From NCBI GenBank assembly GCA_044892525.1, contig CM097886.1:90892001-90956000 (forward strand): 64,000 bases of DNA, in the 5' to 3' direction. The stretch is from Schmidtea polychroa. Lineage: Eukaryota. Under the pieces are notes generated by a model. It was not told the origin of the DNA. It worked only from the letters and a program-made list of their open reading frames with translations, and ran no database searches. The stretch's first letter is position 1, and each line of letters starts with the position of its first letter. Made by a program: the position numbers and the translations under genes. This document shows, piece after piece, positions 61,410 to 64,000 of the stretch.

Positions 61410-62518
61410 ATGAAGGAAACGTATCACAAAACAAAAATGAAAAAAGTCATAAAGGTTAAAACAAACCCAAAAGAGAAAAAGTTAAAAACAATATGGACAA
61501 ACCCAAAAGATCCAGATGGTTTTGGTGGCGTAGAAAAATTAACAAAACGAGTGAATAATTCAAAGAAAGAAACTCAGAAATGGTTATCTAATCAATTAGC
61601 ATATAGTTTAAATAAACCAATGTTGAAACGTTTTCCAACAAGACCATACAAAACAATTGGAAACAATGATGTATGGCAAATGGATTTGATGGAAATGATA
61701 CCTTATTCAAAAATTAACAAGGGGTACAAATATATTCTGACTTGTATAGATGTTTTAATAGATATGCTCATGCTGTTCCTAAAAAAACTAAATCTGCAAA
61801 TGAAATGGCTGATGCGATAAAAGAAATGTTTGCAGATGGCAAACCTATTAATTTAAAAACCGATTTAGGTAATTAAATTTAATTAATTAATTTTTAAATA
61901 TTTTATTTAGGTAAAGAATTTTATAACAGCAAAGTTAAAGAGGTTATCAAAGGAATAAACCACTACTCAGTATTTTCTCAGTTCAAAGCTGCTCATGTAG
62001 AATGATTTAATCGAACTTTAAGAGAAAGATTGAAAAATTATTTTGTATATCAAGGTAAAAAACTTGGAAAAATGTTTTGCAAAAAATTATTTTCAGTTAA
62101 AATCATTCGCCGCATAGAGGATTAAAAGGACAAACACCTGTTGATTTTACTAAAAAACAAACAAAGATAGAAAAAATCAATAAACCAAAATACAAGGTTG
62201 GTGATCATGTAAGAATTAGTAAAATCAATTCGTCACCATTCATCAAAAACTTTGATAATAATTGGAGTGATGAAGTATATCAAATTTTGAAAATCGATAC
62301 AAAGCAGAATCCTGTCATGTATGTGATAGTTGATCATGAAAACAAACCAATCACAGGTAAATTCTACGAACAAGAACTCCAAGTTATTCCTGCTCCTACA
62401 ATATTTAGAATTCAAAAGATTTTAAAAACCAAGAGATGGTAAATATAGACAATATTATGTTAAATAGCACGGATATGAAACTCCAACTTGGATATCCGAA
62501 AATCAATTGGTTAAATAA
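61410..62518 (+). pseudogene. Polinton retroviral-like integrase with C-terminal chromodomain-like region and one 42-nt intron
   Basis: VWQMDLMEM, YKYILTCIDV, TDLG|KEFYN (after removing 61869-61910), FNRTL, and IFRIQKIL...YVK..GY. Frameshifts and stops are present. Confidence 0.88.
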
Positions 62519-62523
62519 ATATT

Positions 62524-63403
62524 ATGAAAGATTTTTATATTATTTTACCTTCTAATAGTTTTCTTCTTATTTTCCCTGATAATGAAGCTAGTAAATTTAA
62601 TGTCGAATTTCCAAATCCTTTTTACTTGGATGGTGAATGGGAAGTAGCTCTCATGGTTTTTACATTTGTGTATAATACTTTTCCTTATTAAAGTAATTTA
62701 TTGATACAATATGAAAAAGTAAAGATGGATGAAGAAATTAAATATTTTAGAATAAATAATTCAAATCGAACCGTTGAAGTAATAAATCCTACAAATACTC
62801 CTGAAGTTGACTTGTTCATTGAAAGATATGATAATTTGGTTGTTGTTTGTCCACATGTTCATTTAAAATAACGTTTCCAGATTTTGAACATGCTATTAAA
62901 TTTGGATTAAATCAGTATCGGCTATTAGTGATAGTGATCATTTTCGAATTAAATTAAAATTCAATTAAATTAAAATTTCGAATTAAATTAAAGGAAAAAT
63001 CGTTAAAATTGTAATGGACGATGATGTCAGTAAAGTTCAATTTAGTAAATTTTTAGCTAATAGTTTAGGATTATTAGAAGAAGTATATACTGACAAACTT
63101 ATTATTGGTTTTAAAGAACCTGAAATACTACAACCCAATCAACAATTGATGATCTATACAAATATTATCGAACCAATTATTGTTAGTGATATATTGGTTC
63201 CTCTATTGAAATGTATTTGGGTTGAAAAACATAAAAAAGATGATTTTGTACAAATAATTGAAAAGAATCCAATGTACTTGCTGGTATCGTCTTCATATAT
63301 AAACAATATAGAAATCAATATACGAGATGATAGTGGAAAATACATATTTGGAAAAGAAGATAAAACATATTTGACATTACATTTTCGTAAATTAAATGAG
63401 TAA
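62524..63403 (+). pseudogene. Polinton minor capsid (penton) protein, decayed
   Basis: N-terminus FYIILPSNS...FPDNEASKF.V.FPNPFYLDGEWEVAL and C-terminus INIRDDSG...TYLTLHFRK, both typical of Polinton pentons. Confidence 0.8.
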
Positions 63404-63802
63404 TCCTGATATAATACATTTTTATAGTAATAACCAATCGGGTGGTGATTTACCATATTTTGTTGGTAAACAATATGGAACCGGTGGTTGAAAACAATAG
63501 GTAGATTTGCACTCCCAATTCTTAGACGAATTGGAAATTTTGGTATGAAAACAGCTAATGACGTTATAAATAACAATTCAAATATCTTGCCTGCTTTAAA
63601 AGCAAATGCAATTTCTGAAATTAAAGATTCATTACCTGCTGTGATGCAACATTTACCTGAAATAATTAATAAAGTATCCGATGTATTTAAAAATGATAAA
63701 GAACAAAAAAAACAAAAAGGCGGAACACTTAAACGACGAAAAATTATGAACAATCATATAACCAAAAGAATGAAAGGATATGGTACCATCTTTGAAAAAT
63801 GA
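63396..63802 (+). pseudogene. Polinton amphipathic (cupiennin-like) core protein, frameshifted at its start
   Basis: QYGTG-[G]W-LKTIGRFALPILRRIG amphipathic segment after a G-x-G site. Lies between penton and MCP. Confidence 0.55.
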
Positions 63803-64000
63803 TTAGCGCTAAATCAGAATTATGTCTTTAAGGCATGTTCGATCTTCAATGTGTTGCTCTTGTCTTCCGCGCTCAAATGCTGATATATTGCAAAAACGGG
63901 TCCATCTAGATATAAAGGAATTATTGATTCCAACTCCACGATTTTTTGAATTTTTGCCACTAACTTCACTTTCTGAATCCACTGTTAAATGTCATATTCT
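63799..64000 (+). pseudogene. Probable start of the Polinton major capsid protein, decayed
   Basis: MISAKSELCL resembles the KSELxLF start of Polinton MCPs, and the gene position fits. Broken by stops and cut by the window end. Confidence 0.5.

Larger units (their letters stand above)
54172..64000 (+). mobile_element. Decayed Polinton/Maverick (left terminus and virion/integration gene cluster), interrupted by gypsy-2; runs off the window
   Basis: AG(T)AG-type terminus at ~54172-54174, a C4G10 tract and ~30-bp subterminal repeats, then ATPase, integrase, penton, core proteins and the MCP start. The N-gap at 59432-59590 leaves terminus-to-gene linkage unproven. Confidence 0.82.

Overview
AT-rich eukaryotic (invertebrate-type, possibly flatworm-like; the taxon cannot be fixed from sequence) window dominated by nested transposable elements, with a few host genes. 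Host genes: an intronless class A GPCR (22241-23350), an intronless 1234-aa Ig-domain receptor tyrosine kinase (35626-39330), a small 4-exon gene with 43-46 nt introns, two paralogous terminal exons, and two probable exons of unknown genes. Mobile content: two related, decayed Ty3/gypsy LTR elements (short AGT...ACT LTRs, 5-bp TSDs, tRNA-Arg PBS); an intact Polinton/Maverick protein-primed PolB plus a Polinton terminus enclosed between the TIRs of a hAT element with a perfect 8-bp TSD; a second, decayed Polinton gene cluster (ATPase, integrase, penton, core proteins, start of MCP); one intact hAT transposase; and several hAT, piggyBac, pogo/Tc1 and MULE derivatives. Best leads: (1) the hAT-bounded PolB composite, (2) a conserved slippery-heptamer plus hairpin -1 frameshift signal, and a possible second frameshift, in both gypsy elements, (3) a 42-nt spliceosomal intron inside the Polinton integrase catalytic motif, (4) a covarying stem-loop repeated around PolB, and (5) a CCA-ended tRNA-Arg 3' half that matches both PBSs. 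All coordinates and alignments were made by eye; no searches were run.
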